A DNA stretch of 64,000 bases from Basidiobolus meristosporus CBS 931.73. Taxonomy: Eukaryota > Fungi > Basidiobolomycota. The notes beneath the pieces were generated by a model. That model was not told where the DNA came from. It saw only the letters and a list, made by a program, of their open reading frames with translations, and did no database searches. The stretch lies in assembly GCA_002104905.1 (NCBI GenBank), contig MCFE01000109.1:62001-126000 (forward strand), read 5' to 3'. The position numbers and the translations under genes were made by a program. Of the stretch, positions 11,890 to 24,400 are shown in pieces (position 1 is the first letter of the stretch; each line of letters opens with the position of its first letter).

Positions 11890-14800
11890 CTAAAGTTGAG
11901 AGGGTTCTCCTGAATCTCTTTTCTTGTGATACCAATATCTTGATGGTTCAGTATTATCAGCCAGTCTTGCAAGCTTGAGTCTGTCCCTATGCACTAAGTC
12001 TTCCCGGATATTGCCTTGTTTGTCCACCAGTTGGTAAGTTGCAAATGGACATTCTCTGATGATCTTGAATGGTCCTGTCCATTGTGGCTCAAACTTCTTC
12101 CGAGTGTTGTTTCTTAGCAATACAAAGTTCCCAACTGTCAATGCTTCTGGTGCTATAGTCTTATCAAATCTCTGCTTCATCTTTTCTGCACTTTGAGATA
12201 CTTTGGTCTGTGCCTCTTGACGTCTTTGTTCCAGTTGCTGGTGTCTACTTGGCTGACTGAGTTCATCTTCTAAGGTGTCTGTAAGCTTTGGTTGTGTGAG
12301 ATCTCCTGGAATCCTTGGTTCACATCCATAAACTAAGTAAAATGGTGATTGCTGGGTGGTGTTGTGTACTCTGACTCTGCATGCAAAGAGTGCTTGGTCT
12401 ATATACTCATCCCATCTACTGACAACTCCATTTGCATACTTGGTCAGCATTTTTCCAAATAATCCATTAAACCGCTCAGTGACTCCATTAGTTCTGGGGT
12501 GATATGCCGAGGTTTTCAAGTGTCTGATCTGCTGCATTTCCAGGTAAGCCTCTAATGTCTTTGCCATAAAGTTTGCACCTCTATCGGATAAGATCTCCAC
12601 AGGGCATCCAAACTTCATCAGGATCTCATGGTAAATGAAACTTGCAACTTCTTGTTCACTGGCTATTGGTACAGCTTTAGCAACTGGCCATTTAGTGGCA
12701 TGGTCAATTGCTACTAGGATCCAACGGTTGCATTTCCTGGTAGTTGGCAGTCTTCCAATAAAGTCAATTCCCCATCTCTCAAATGGTCTTACAGGCTCCA
12801 AAGGGAAGAGTTCGGCAATTCTTTGTGGCTGGCCTTGATTGATTTGGCAGTTTGGGCATGTTTTTACTAGCTTCTCAATGTCTTGTTTCATTCTGGGCCA
12901 CCATGCTCTGGCTTTTACAAGGCTATAGGTTCCTTCAATCCCAAGATGTCCATATCCATTGTGTAGCTTATGTATTAAATCCAGGCGAGCAACATAAGGA
13001 CAATAGGCAATAGGGCTTCCATCAACAATTCGGTAGAGTGTTTCATTCTGTACAACAAATTTGCTGGCCTCATCACGGATTATCTTCTTGATATCTTCAT
13101 CCACCTCATTAGGAATGGCTTGGTCCTCCAAGTACTTTGGTAATAGGCTAGGCCAATCTGATTCATGCACCAAGTTGAGTTGTGCAACTTGATCTAATCT
13201 TGATAAGGCATCAGCAACCGTGTTGTTTTTTCCAGGACAGTAGACAATCTCCAGGTCAAATTGCTGAATGTATTCACTCCATCTTGTCATTCTTCTAGAG
13301 AGTACCTTCTGAGTAAATATATACTTGAGGGAGGCATGATCAGTCTTCACAGTGCATTTGACTCCTTCAATATAGCATCTCCATGTCTTCAAACAGTGTA
13401 TTATAGCAAGCATCTCCTTCTCATGAACTGGATAGTTTTGTTCTGCTGAGTTCAGTTTCTTGGATTCAAAGGCAACAGGGTAGTCCTTTCCCTCGTGTTC
13501 TTGGCTCAGCACTCCACCAATTGCATAATCTGAAGCATCTGTGCACAGAGTGAACTCTTTTCTGAAGTCTGGTATTCTTAAGCTTGGCAGCTTAGCAAGT
13601 TCATTCTTTAGTGTCTGGAAGGCAGTCTCACAAGCTATGTCCCACTTGTAGGTATTGTCTTTCTTGAGGATATCAGTTAAAGGGGCTGCAATACTTGCAA
13701 ATGACTTGACAAATCTCCGATAATAGGAAACCATTCCAAGGAAGGATCTGAGTTCTGATATGCTATGGGGCTGCTTCAAATTCTTGATTACTTCCACCTT
13801 CTTGGGGTCTAAGGTTACTCCTGTGCTAGTCACTATGTGTCCCAGATATTCTACGTGTTCCTTGAAGAATTCACACTTGGCTAGCTTGCCGTATAGCTTG
13901 TTCTCTCTTAGTTTCTTCAAGACCTTTTCAATGTGCACCATGTGATCCTTTTCTGTCTTGCTGTATATCAATATGTCATCCAGGTAGATTATCACAAACT
14001 TGTCTAAGTACTCCTGAAAGACAGTCTGCATCAGCGTCATGAATGTTGCAGGGGCATTAGTGAGGCCAAAACTCATGACTAAGTACTCATAATGTCCATA
14101 TCTGGTCCTGAATGCTGTCTTAGGGATATCTTCTGGTTTCACCCTAATCTGGTTGTATCCTGACATGAGGTCGATCTTGCTGAAAATAGTGGCTCCATTA
14201 AGTTGGTCCAAAAGCTCATCAATCCGAGGTATGGGGTACTTATTCTTGACGGTAACTGAGTTCAGGGCTCTGTAGTCAATGCACATCCTAAGTGTTCCAT
14301 CCTTCTTTTTCACAAAAAGCACTGGTGCTCCCCAAGGTGACTTGCTGGGCCTGATGTATCCTTGCTCTAATAGCTGATCAATTTGTTTCTTCATTTCCTC
14401 CAATTCCAATGGACTCATTCTGTAAGGTGTCTTGCTCACTGGAGGGCTATCTCCTGTGTCAATGGCATGATCCACGTCTCTGACTGGTGGTAGGCTTACA
14501 AGCTCATCTGGAAACACGTCTGAATATTTCTTCAAGAGAGTCTGGACCTGCTGGGGTGCTGGGATAGAGGAATCCTCCTGTAATACCGCCATGAGGAACA
14601 TCTGGGTACCTTTTCTAAGTGCTCTACAGAACTGGGTCTTGCTAAGTTCACTTGTCTCACACACACTGGAATTGACCAAGTTGAAATCCAGCCTGGCAGG
14701 TAATAGCTCATAGGTCTTGTTGTCTTTTTGGATCTGAGTAGCATGGGTTCTCCAGTTGATTGATGGATTACGACAAAATAGCCAGGTTTTCCCAAGTACA

Positions 14801-16023
14801 AGGTCAAACTTGCAGTTCCCAAATATATAAGCCTGTAGGTCTTCTTCATAGTCATTGATCTTCATTCTTACTGGCTGGGTAATACGGTTGATTATGTGGG
14901 AGTTCCCATCAGCTGTGGAGACTGAAGTTGATTTGGTAGGTTCCGAGTTGATTCCAGCTTTCAAAGCAAATTGCTCTGACATGTACTCATGCGATGCTCC
15001 TGAGTCAATCATGATCTTGGCAGGTACTCCATTGATTGCTCCATTCAGGTACAATAACTTCCCTGAGTTTGAAGTCATTTGGGACAAGTACTCTTCTGTC
15101 ATATGGAAGGTGAGCTCCGAGTCTTCTTCAAGCTCATCTTCCACATTACTGTGTTCATGGGACTCAATATGGTTGAAGGTTCTTGTTGGCTGGTGTCCAT
15201 TTCTTCTCTGAGGGCAGTACTTTGCAATATGTCCCTGCTGGTGGCAATTGAAGCAAAGTCCTCTCTTCTTGCATTCTTCTGAGGAGGGATTCTTCTGCAT
15301 AGCGTCTATTTCCATTGGTACTGCTTCTGATTGTCTTCTTTCATAATGATTATAGCCTTTCTGACTAGTCACTGTAGGCTTCCCAACTCCAAACATAGCT
15401 GAGTCATAGTCAATGGCAATCTTGATGGCTTCTTCAATAGTCTGAGGTCTTCGGTAATTGACTTCCTTGCGAGTTCTTTCTTTCAACCCATCAATAAAGT
15501 ATTCAACTTGATCCAAGGGGTCCATTCTTTCAATTTGTCCAAGTAGACATCTGTACTCATAGATGTATTCTTGCACCATTCCTTTCTGTCTGAGTGTCTT
15601 TAACTTCCTTCTTAGTAGTGTCTGCTGGTGTGGAGGTTCAAAAGCATCCTGAATTTCCGACACAAACTCATCCCAGGTAGAGATTGTAGAGCATCCCATC
15701 ATAGTAGCTGACCTGATCTTGTTGTGGTACCACTGTAAAGCTGCATCTGCCAGGTAAGAAGCTGCATAATGCAACTTGCTCTCTGGAGCAATTCCTTTCG
15801 CTTTAAAAGCTTCTTCAATCTGAAAGAGCCAAGTTCCCAGGTTTTCATTGACTCTGCCATGGTACCGGTTGACCTTCACACTAAAGTTGCTCTTGACAGG
15901 GCTTTGCTGGCTCTGAGCCATGGTAGTCATTCCTTGTTGCTGTTGGCTGAGGATCTGGAGTAGCTGTTGCTGTTGGGCCAGGATTTGCTGCATGGCATTC
16001 TTCCATTCTTGATTGTCCGACAT
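11890..16023 (-). CDS. gag-pol: Single-ORF Gag-Pol polyprotein, 1377 aa (Gag, CCHC knuckle, aspartic protease, RT, RNase H, integrase)
   Basis: [14 protein letters not shown] knuckle, MIDSGAS protease, [15 protein letters not shown] RNase H, H..HLGIEGT..CPNC zinc finger, GIDFIG/SDRG/VTERFN DDE core and WTGPF GPY/F motif. Domain order PR-RT-RH-INT is that of Ty3/gypsy. Confidence 0.98.
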   Translation of the reverse strand: MSDNQEWKNAMQQILAQQQQLLQILSQQQQGMTTMAQSQQSPVKSNFSVKVNRYHGRVNENLGTWLFQIEEAFKAKGIAPESKLHYAASYLADAALQWYHNKIRSATMMGCSTISTWDEFVSEIQDAFEPPHQQTLLRRKLKTLRQKGMVQEYIYEYRCLLGQIERMDPLDQVEYFIDGLKERTRKEVNYRRPQTIEEAIKIAIDYDSAMFGVGKPTVTSQKGYNHYERRQSEAVPMEIDAMQKNPSSEECKKRGLCFNCHQQGHIAKYCPQRRNGHQPTRTFNHIESHEHSNVEDELEEDSELTFHMTEEYLSQMTSNSGKLLYLNGAINGVPAKIMIDSGASHEYMSEQFALKAGINSEPTKSTSVSTADGNSHIINRITQPVRMKINDYEEDLQAYIFGNCKFDLVLGKTWLFCRNPSINWRTHATQIQKDNKTYELLPARLDFNLVNSSVCETSELSKTQFCRALRKGTQMFLMAVLQEDSSIPAPQQVQTLLKKYSDVFPDELVSLPPVRDVDHAIDTGDSPPVSKTPYRMSPLELEEMKKQIDQLLEQGYIRPSKSPWGAPVLFVKKKDGTLRMCIDYRALNSVTVKNKYPIPRIDELLDQLNGATIFSKIDLMSGYNQIRVKPEDIPKTAFRTRYGHYEYLVMSFGLTNAPATFMTLMQTVFQEYLDKFVIIYLDDILIYSKTEKDHMVHIEKVLKKLRENKLYGKLAKCEFFKEHVEYLGHIVTSTGVTLDPKKVEVIKNLKQPHSISELRSFLGMVSYYRRFVKSFASIAAPLTDILKKDNTYKWDIACETAFQTLKNELAKLPSLRIPDFRKEFTLCTDASDYAIGGVLSQEHEGKDYPVAFESKKLNSAEQNYPVHEKEMLAIIHCLKTWRCYIEGVKCTVKTDHASLKYIFTQKVLSRRMTRWSEYIQQFDLEIVYCPGKNNTVADALSRLDQVAQLNLVHESDWPSLLPKYLEDQAIPNEVDEDIKKIIRDEASKFVVQNETLYRIVDGSPIAYCPYVARLDLIHKLHNGYGHLGIEGTYSLVKARAWWPRMKQDIEKLVKTCPNCQINQGQPQRIAELFPLEPVRPFERWGIDFIGRLPTTRKCNRWILVAIDHATKWPVAKAVPIASEQEVASFIYHEILMKFGCPVEILSDRGANFMAKTLEAYLEMQQIRHLKTSAYHPRTNGVTERFNGLFGKMLTKYANGVVSRWDEYIDQALFACRVRVHNTTQQSPFYLVYGCEPRIPGDLTQPKLTDTLEDELSQPSRHQQLEQRRQEAQTKVSQSAEKMKQRFDKTIAPEALTVGNFVLLRNNTRKKFEPQWTGPFKIIRECPFATYQLVDKQGNIREDLVHRDRLKLARLADNTEPSRYWYHKKRDSGEPSQL

Positions 16024-16070
16024 CTTGAGGGTGGTTTCTTCTTTCTTCAGGAGGGAGGTTTCTGGTTATC

Positions 16071-16080
16071 GCTGCTACCA
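16071..16080 (-). promoter_or_regulatory. Primer binding site TGGTAGCAGC, probably for initiator tRNA-Met
   Basis: Lies 1 nt inside the 5' LTR and is complementary to a tRNA 3' end ...GCTGCTACCA. Eukaryotic initiator tRNAs commonly end in GCTACCA. Conserved at 4160, 27583, 40625-40635, 48177-48187 and 57075. Confidence 0.75.
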
Positions 16081-16081
16081 A

Positions 16082-16449
16082 TGTTACAAGTCTTGGTATA
16101 AGAGTTGTAGAGGAATAGGGAGTTTAGCTAGTATTGTATTCACTAAAACTTGAACTGATTTTTATTGAGGTTCCAGCAGCTCCTTATATACATTTTGCCA
16201 GATCAATTGCTGACTAATTGTATTTCCTAATGTAGGTTGTGGCTGATGACTCATTTGATTGCATCATCATCACCCAATAAGATCCTACTTAATATATCTA
16301 TTTCTGTCTGATAAGGATCTGCTGATTCATTTGCTGACTAATGCTACTGATTTCATAGATAATACTGATGTACTGATAACCTAAACATATACTAACTGAT
16401 TTGACTTAAAACTGATCTAACTTCAACATTCAAGCGGCAGATCATAACA
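16082..16449 (-). repeat. 5' LTR of the intact element
   Basis: 367/368 identical to 11512-11879 and adjacent to the PBS. Confidence 0.97.
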
Positions 16450-17189
16450 AGAGGAGCAAGCTTTATGGCTAGGACATTGGAATCTTACCTGGAAATGTGC
16501 CAGATTAAACACTTGAAAACCTCAGCACATCACCCTAGAACCTATGGTGTCACTGAGCATTTAATTGATTATTTGGAGAAATGCTGACCAAGTCTCAAAA
16601 TGGAGCTTTAAGTAGATGGGACAAATATATAGACCAAGCACTTTCTGCCTGCAGAGTCAGAGTGCACAATACCACCCAATAATTGCCATTTTACTTAGTG
16701 TATGGATGTGAACCAAGAATCACAGGAGATCTCATACAATCAAAGTTTACAGATGCCTTAGATGATGATCGCAGTCAGAAAAGTAGACACCAGCAACTGG
16801 AACAGTGATGTTAAGAGGCACAGGCCAAAGTATGTCAAAGTGCAGAAACAATGAAGCTGAGATTTGATAGGATCATATCACCAGAATCATTGACAGTTGG
16901 GAAGCTTGTATTGCTGAGAAACAACATTTGGAAGAAGTTTGGGACACAATGAGCAGGACTACTCAAGATCCCCATAGAATGTCCATTTGCAACTCACCAA
17001 CTAGTGGACAAACAAGAGAATATCTGGGAGGACTTAGTTGATAAAGATAGAATCAAGCTTGCAAGACCTGCTGACTATACTGAACCATTGAGATAATGGT
17101 ATCACAAGAAAAGTGATTCAAAAGAAACCTGTCAACTTTAGAAGGGAGGAATGTTATGATCTACTGCTTGAGTATTTAAATGAGATCCT

Positions 17190-17425
17190 TACTACAAAAA
17201 AAGACAAGCAGAAGCTGTGCCAATGGAAATAGATGCCATGCAGTAGAATCCTGGCTCAGAATAATGCAAGAAGAAAGGAGTTTGTTTTAGCCACCACAAG
17301 CATGGACATAACTCAAAGTAATGCCCTCAGAGATGAAATGGACAGCAGTTGACAGGAACCTTCAATCATATTAAAGTCCAAGCACATAGTGAAGTGCAGG
17401 ACTAACTTGAAGAAGACCTGGAACT
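17190..17425 (+). mobile_element. Family A gag fragment (zinc-knuckle region)
   Basis: GAAGCTGTGCCAATGGAAATAGATGCC... matches gag EAVPMEIDA. Confidence 0.6.
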
Positions 17426-17467
17426 CAAATTTTTAAAAAAATATAAAATAAAATGATATTATAATAT

Positions 17468-18627
17468 TTAATATGTTGAACAATGTTTTATAGTATTATC
17501 AATAACCACAGCTTCTATCTCCAGATTTGTTTTTGTAATGTTGAATTTACATCATGTTTGGATACTATATGACAGGTGAAAAAGTCTTGCAAGCACATGT
17601 TGTTTGCCTTTGGTTAAAATTGATATATATGTTTAAACCAGCATACTATTTTGAGTAAATAAAAATTGGTTTAAACTGTAAAAATCTTTGGTGCACCATA
17701 TATTATATACTTGGTCTATAGCATTATCATCATCTATGGGCAGAAATCTGACTGGTATTATTGGAATACATTCATCATAATGTAAGCAAAGCTCATTTAA
17801 ACTCTTGGGATTATTTACCTATCTTTTGGTACCTTCTATTTTTATTACTACCCCATTTTTGTTAAATGCATTGCCAAGCAGTTGTTCTACAGATTTGAGA
17901 ATACATTTATCTAAGTCAGTCATTTATCCATTTGTAGTACAATACATATATAAAAAGATGTTGCTACACATCTTCTAAAATTTACAGCATCACATATAAT
18001 TTTAATATCAATCAATTCATATAAACCTACAGTGTCATATATTGTCAATGGCCTATTAGCATCATCAGTATCAAGTGTAATACATTGTAAAATAACTGGA
18101 TTTACTGTATCACCAATTGGGAATGGATTTTGTAAACCATCAATATGTAATTTGTGGGTTATTATTGACTATACTTGGTGAGTGGGACAGCTTGTAGGTC
18201 AAGTAAGTACCACTTGGTTTAGAATAGCTTCCAATAGAAGGTAACAAGGTAATAAAGACTTGAGTTTATTCTGTCCAAATCTTGTTGTTCTCTCACTTGG
18301 TTCAATTGGATATATACATTACTTGGAGGGGCTTAGATAATAGACAATGTGTTATACAAGAGGGGTGTGAATACCTTCCTGTTATGGTAAGTGCTTTAAC
18401 TAGATAAGAGCAGGAATAGGAGGCAGGACACGTGGGGAATTATAGGGAAGATACTGGGGGACTTTAGGTAGGACTCTGGGGAGAACTCTTGGGCATTAAG
18501 TGGGTACAACATTTAGTACTGACATAGTTGTCCTTGATATAACATATATGCTACAGTATATTTGCCTGCACCAGTTTTTCCCAGTGATATAATTTTTTGT
18601 CTTTGTTTTTTCATCATGTATACTCAT
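17468..18627 (-). pseudogene. Pseudogene of an AIG1/GIMAP-like (TRAFAC) P-loop GTPase, about 265 aa, split by a solo LTR
   Basis: ATG at 18627. IISLGKTGAGKYTVAYML resembles G1 (18540-18595). After removing 18153-18524 the frame continues GQL|HIDGLQNPFPIGDTVNPV...LTIYDTVGLYE (G3 DxxG) then FYICIVLQMDK/MTDLDKCILKSVEQLLGNAF. Two frameshifts and several in-frame stops. Confidence 0.65.
18153..18524. mobile_element. 372-bp solo LTR (TGT...ACA) with a 5-bp TSD, probably copia-type
   Basis: Flanks are TAATT (18148-18152) and TAGTT (18525-18529), one mismatch. Excision restores the GTPase reading frame. Confidence 0.6.
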
Positions 18628-18759
18628 TTACAATATATATATTACAAAAGGTGCATCATTGAAATCTGGTTTGTCTTATATATTTATAATACATAAGGAT
18701 TACATAAAATGACATGAATGCTATATTTCTGGGTAAAAGACAATTGAGTCCAAGTACAC

Positions 18760-18960
18760 CACATTAGGGCAATAGGCAATAGGGCTTCCATCAACAATAA
18801 GGTAGAGTGTTTCATTCTGATATCTACATCCATCCCAATTGGAATGTCTTGGGACTCCTAGTATTTTGTAATTAGCCAGACCAATTCAACTCATGCATTG
18901 GGCTGCAATGAGCAACTTCATCTAGTCTTGATATGGGGTTAGTAACCATATTGTTTCACC
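18760..18960 (-). mobile_element. Short family A integrase-region fragment
   Basis: GGGCAATAGGCAATAGGGCTTCCATCAACAAT matches 13000-13030. Confidence 0.55.
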
Positions 18961-19789
18961 CAGGGCAGTCTTGAAATATTAGACTATTTGGTATCATTAA
19001 GCAGCTTACAGTTTACTTAACAAGTCTAGACTAGTCTTGGTCACTTTAGGACTAATTTACAGCCCTAACTTTGCCAGCTTCTTCAGATCTATGATCCTAT
19101 GCCCTATGAGAAATAATTTGGTCCCACAGGTGGATCTGATCCAGATTGGCCATAAGGGTCCCATTGAGAGACCATCATAATACCAGCAGCTTGGAATTAG
19201 TGACCCTTTTAATAATCTTATGATGGGATCATAATGGTGTTTTGCTATATTTACTACCAAATAAAGGAATAAAGCTTGACAAGATTTGATTGGTGCTGTG
19301 ACAGTAATTGCATGGTATTGTTGCAGTCTTTTTGTGCTCTACAACTATTTTAAGTGGATCCAACCAGCCAGATATTCAATTGTCTTATATGGCAAGAAAC
19401 TTGATGGTATTTTTATGGCCTCTCAGCAAGACCCTGATGGCATTATATCAGCAGTATGACAGCCTACACCTGGCTTTGTATTATGCTACCATACCAAGTT
19501 ACCAAATGGTGTTTCCTTTTTCTCCCTTCCCTTGTGCAATTCATATATTCCACTGAAGAATCACCCCTCTGTATTGGCTTACCCACTACTACCTTGGGTA
19601 TTCCACATATAGCTTGAATCAAAAAAAACTATGGCCTCCTGCTTACTAACCTCTACAAATATGCACACCTGCCGCAATTGACATACTTCTATCACCTCAA
19701 CATTAGAGCTTTTTAATGTGATACTTGCAAAGTTGCAATATACCTTGGTTGTTGCAGGAATGATTTTGCATGGAATATGCACAGTATGG

Positions 19790-20640
19790 GCCAGACATGT
19801 CTGTTTGTGCCTCAACTTTGGGAACCAAAGAGATTTTGAGTGAGTGGTTGCCTCAAATGACTAATGTGTTAAGTGATATATTAGTACAGCTCAATGGCTT
19901 CCAAGAGCAATATACACAGGAATCATTCAGCTAACAGTTCCAGAGTATCAGACCAAGGATAGGTGAATACCTTGAGGAATCAGAAGGTGAGCTTCAAGAG
20001 GAAGAAAACAGAATGTGAGCAACAGTGTCTAGATTCCGCAAGCACTCCTTGCTGGATTCCTTACCATTGCTTGCAACTACAGCATGCCAGTGCACATCAG
20101 TCCTAACTATGCCAACACCCTTCACAAGGGTGCCCTGCATCAAGTTAACAAGTGCCAGGTCAACACACATGCTTCAGAGCAAAACTACCGGAGCTCACCA
20201 TACTGCTCATTTAGACATGAGTCCATTGGAGCAGGCCAAGCTGTGTCAACAAGCAGCATCACATCAAACTCAGCCAAGGGCCATGCCTATGCTTCAAGTG
20301 CGCCAGTACATGCCATGACACCTGACCATCAGCAAGTTTCTTCTGGTGAGCTAACCCACATGAAGTGACTCCACCACTAGAGCCTTTGACAAGTAAAAGA
20401 ATGCATCAGCATGTAGCACTCCAGGCCAGCTCAGTAGCATCAGCTGGAGCAAGTAAGTGCGGCCAAGCTGCAGCATTTCACTCATCAACCAGGAGGCAAA
20501 ATACTGACTACAAATACACAAGTAGCCAAGAGGATAGTCAACAAGGAAGTAGCTTAGGTGTGCAAAGTGAATCACTACCAAATGCTTCATTAGTAATCCC
20601 TGCAAGAAAAAAACCTAGGAGAAGATGAAGCAATAATGAT
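19790..20640 (+). pseudogene. Decayed fragment of the PHIS element's ORF2
   Basis: TGTGCCTCAACTTTGGGAACCAAAGAG and NTDYKYTSSQ match ORF 43783-44952. CpGs are largely lost and no TIRs are seen. Confidence 0.8.
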
Positions 20641-20732
20641 GCAGCCCTTGAGCTGCAAGAGATATTATGGTTTGCAACCTGTTAGTAATGGCCTTCTATG
20701 AAAAATATTTTCCCAACATTATTCTCTTATTG

Positions 20733-21480
20733 GTGTTACAAGTGTTGAAACAAGAGTTGTAGAGGAGTAAGGTGTTTAGTTAGTGGTATATTTGCTAGAA
20801 CTTGAAGTGACCTTTATTGAGATCCCAGCTGCTCCTTGTATACACTTTGGCAGATCAATCACTGACTAATTATAAACCCAAACTGACCTTTACTGAGATT
20901 GCAGCTGCTGATATACTTTTTGCTAGATCAATTGTTGACAAACTGTATTTCCTAATGTCAATTGTGGCTGATGACTGATTGAAATACATCACCTACACCC
21001 AAGTTAGGTCTACCAAGTATATCTAACACTGTTTGATCTAAATCTACTGATTTACCTGCTGACTAATATCACTTATTTGATAGAAAATACAGATTTACTG
21101 ACAGGATTGACATAAAACTGATCAGTTTGATTAGTAGTTGATCTAACTTGAATATTTGCTCAGTAGATCATAATATTCTTCCCTGTCAATACTGACAGGG
21201 TTCTCCTGAGTCTCATTTCTGGTGATTCAATATTTTGAGTACTCAGCATTGTCAGTAAGTCTTGCAAACTTAAGTCTCAGTGTATAAGCTAAGTCTTTGC
21301 AGATATTCCCTTGTTTTTTAACTAGGTGGTAAGTTAGAATTGGACATTCTCAGATGAGCTTGAGTGGTCCCTATCATTATGGCTTCATAATTTTTCCAGT
21401 GTTGTTCTTCACTATTATAAAGTTGCAAACAGTGAATGCCCCTGCCAATATGGGCTCATCAAATCTCTGCATCATATTTC
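20733..21480 (-). mobile_element. Degenerate family A 3' LTR (20733-21175, with an internal duplication of about 65 bp) plus integrase tail
   Basis: TGTTACAAG...GATCATAATA followed by PPT-like and integrase-end sequence. Confidence 0.75.
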
Positions 21481-21489
21481 TGCACTTTA

Positions 21490-24400
21490 AATATCATTGT
21501 CTATGTAGATCCAACTTAATATATATACTACTGTCAGATAAGGATATGTGTATTCATCTGCTGACTAATGCTACTAATTTGATAAATACCACTGATGTAC
21601 TGATAGGCTAAACATGTAATTAATTGATTTGACTAAAAACTGATCTAACTTAAACATTTAAGCAGTAGACCATAACATTCTTCCCTATTGAAGTTGAGAG
21701 GGCCCTCCTGAATCTCTTTCCTTGTGATACCAATATCTTGATGGTTCAGTATTGTTGGCAAGTCTTTCAAGCTTGAGTTGGTCTTTATGAACTTAATATT
21801 CCCAGATATTCCTTAGTTTGGCCACTAGTTGTTATGTTACAAATGGACATTCTCTGATGATCTTCAAAGGTGCTGTCCATTGTGGCTCAAACTACTTTTG
21901 AGTATTGTTTCTCAGCAATACAATGTTCCCAACTGTCAATGATTCTGGTGATATAGTCTAATCCAATCTCTGCTTTATGTTTTCTGTACTTTGAGATACT
22001 TTGGCCTGTGCCTCTTGATGTCTTTGTTCCAGCTGCAGGTGTCTACTTGGCTGACTGAGCTCATCTTGTATGGCATCTGTAAGCTTTGGTTGTGTGCAAT
22101 CTCCTGGTATCCTTGGTTCTCATCCATATACTAAGTAAAATGGCAATTGTTGGGTGGTGTTGTGTACTCTAACTCTGCATACAAAAAGTGCTTGGTCTAT
22201 GTACCCTTCCCATCTTCTGACAGCTCCATTTGCATACTTGGTCAGCATTTTTCCAAATAGTCTATTAAACTGCTCAGTGACCCCATTAGTTCTAGGCTGA
22301 CACGCCAAGGTTTCCAAGTGTCTCATATGTTGCATTTCCAGGTAAGTTTCCAATGTCTTTGCCATAAAGTTTGCTCCTCATTTGAATAGAATCTCCACAG
22401 GGCATCCAAGCTTCATAAGTATATTATGGTAGATGAAACTTGCAACTTCTTGTTCACCAGCTACAGGTACTGCATAAGCTACTAGACATTCATTGGCATG
22501 ATCAATAGGTACTAGGCTCTAACAATTGCTTTTCCTAGTAATCTTAATAAGTCATCAGCAACTCTGTTGTTTTTCCTAGGGCAGTAGACAATCTCCAAAT
22601 CAAATTGCGGAATGTATTTACTCCATCTTGTTATTCTTCTAGAGACTACCTTTGGAGTAAATACGTACTTGAGGGAGGCATGATCAGTCTTCACAGTGCA
22701 TTTGACTCCTTTGGTATAGCACCTACATGTCTTCAAGTAGTTGATTATGGCAAGCATTGCCTACTCATGCACTGCATAGTTTTGCTCTGCCAAGTTCAGT
22801 TTCTAGGACTCAAAGGCAACTGGGTAGTCCTTTCCCTTGTGTTCTTGGCTCAACACTCCACCAATTGCATAATCTGAAGCATCTGAATACAGAGTTAACA
22901 CTTTTCTGAAATCAGGTATTCTTAAGCTTGGCAGCTTAGCAAGTTCTTTCTTGATCATATGAAAGGCAGCCTCCCAAGCAATGTCCACTAGTAGGTATTG
23001 TCTTTGTTTTGTAATCAGTTAAGGGGGCTACTATTCTTGCAAAGGACTTGACAAATCTTCAATAAGAGGAAACTATTCAAAGGAACGATCTGAGTTCTGA
23101 TATGCTATGGGGTTGCTTCAGATTCTTGATAACTTCAATCTTCTTAGGGTCTAAGCTTACTTCTGTGCTAGTAACTATGTGTCCCAGATATTCACTGTGT
23201 TCTTTGAGGAATTCAAACTTTGGTAGCTTGCTAAATAGGTTGTTCTCTCTTAGCTTCTTCAAGACCTGTTCAATGTGCACCAAGTGATCCTCTTCTGACT
23301 TGCTGTATACCAGTATGTCATCTAGGTAGATTATCACAAACTTGTCTAAGTACTCCTGGAGGACAGTCTGCATCAGGGTCATGAATGTTGCAGGGGCATT
23401 GATTGGGCCAAAACTCATGACTAACTACTTGTAATGTCCATATCTGGTCTTGAATGCTATCTTAGGGATGTCTTGTAGCTTTACCCTAATCTGGTTGTAT
23501 CCTGACATGAGATCAATTATGCTGAGTATAGTGGCTCCATTGAGTTGATCCAAAAGCTCATCAATCCAAGGTATGGGGTACTTAGTCTTCATAGTTACAG
23601 AGTTGATGGCTCTATAGTCAATGCACAATCTAAGCTTTCCATCCTTCTTCACAAAAAGTACTGATGCTTACCAAGGTGACTTGTTGGGTCTGATATATCC
23701 TTGCTCCAATAACTGATCTATTGGTCTCTTCATCTCCTCCAACTCCAATGGCCTCATTTAGTAAGGCGTCTTACTCACTGGAGGGTTATCTCCTGTGTCA
23801 ATGACATGATCCACCTCTCTGACTGGTGGTAGGCTTACAAGTTCATATGGAAATACGTCTGAATACTCCTTCAAGAGAGTTTGGACTTTCTAGGGTACTG
23901 GAGTAGAGGAATCACCCCATGATACAGCCTTTTGGAACTTCTGGATACCATTTCTAAGTGCTCCACAGAACTGTATCTTGCTAAGTTCACTTTTTTCACA
24001 CATACTAGAATTGACCAAGTTGAAATCCAGTCTTGCAGGTAATAGCTCATAAGCCTTATTGTCCTTCTGGATCTGAATAGCATGGGCTCTCAGGTTGATT
24101 GATGGATTACAACAAAATAGCCAGGCTTTTTCCAAGTACAAGGTCAAGCTTGTAGTTACCAAAAAAATAGGCCTGTAGGTCCTCTTCATAGTCAGTGATG
24201 TTCATCCTTATTGGCTGAGTAATACGGTTGATTATGTGAGAGTTCACATCAGCTGTTGAGACTGAAGTTCATTTGGTGGGTTCCAAGTCAATTCCAGCTT
24301 TCAACGCAAATTGTTCTGACATATTTCTCATGCAAAGCTCCTGAGTCAAACATGATCTGGGCAGGTACTCCATTGATTACCCCATTCCAATATAATAGCT

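Larger units (their letters stand above)
11512..16449 (-). mobile_element. Intact, very recent Ty3/gypsy LTR retrotransposon (family A, 4938 bp)
   Basis: 368-bp TG...CA LTRs differing at one position (11854 A vs 16424 C), 4-bp TSD AGAG (11508-11511, 16450-16453), PBS, PPT and an uninterrupted gag-pol ORF. Confidence 0.98.
9945..17187 (+). mobile_element. Degenerate family A pol (RT-RH-INT plus start of 3' LTR at about 17153), split by the intact element
   Basis: 9945-11511 and 16450-17187 join as TTTGATAGAG|GAGCAAGCTTTATGG (integrase DRGA-FM motif). RT YLDD is in ORF 9895-10212. Confidence 0.85.

Noticed and set aside
11890-12100. Chromodomain at the integrase C-terminus
   Set aside because: Only about 50 aa follow GPY/F, and no chromo aromatic-cage pattern (Y..E.I...YLVKW.G) is present.
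12635-15963. Short plus-strand ORFs opposite gag-pol (and equivalents in other copies)
   Set aside because: Antisense shadows of the pol frame. They recur only because the element is repeated and have no motif support.
15950-16005. Gln-rich CAG/CAA run at the gag N-terminus as a microsatellite
   Set aside because: It is part of the Gag coding sequence ([12 protein letters not shown]), not an independent repeat.
15881-16081. 66-aa ORF starting in the PBS (MVAAITRNL...)
   Set aside because: It starts at a TTG within the PBS and overlaps gag out of frame. Its recurrence is explained by element copies.
17570-17620. hAT dimerisation-like motif (TTCACKTFS) on the minus strand
   Set aside because: It lies in a different frame within the GTPase pseudogene and no other hAT motifs are present.
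19260-19560. Possible LINE RT fragment (YNYFKWIQPARYSIVLYGKK)
   Set aside because: Resemblance is too weak; there is no QG.PLSP or YADD motif.
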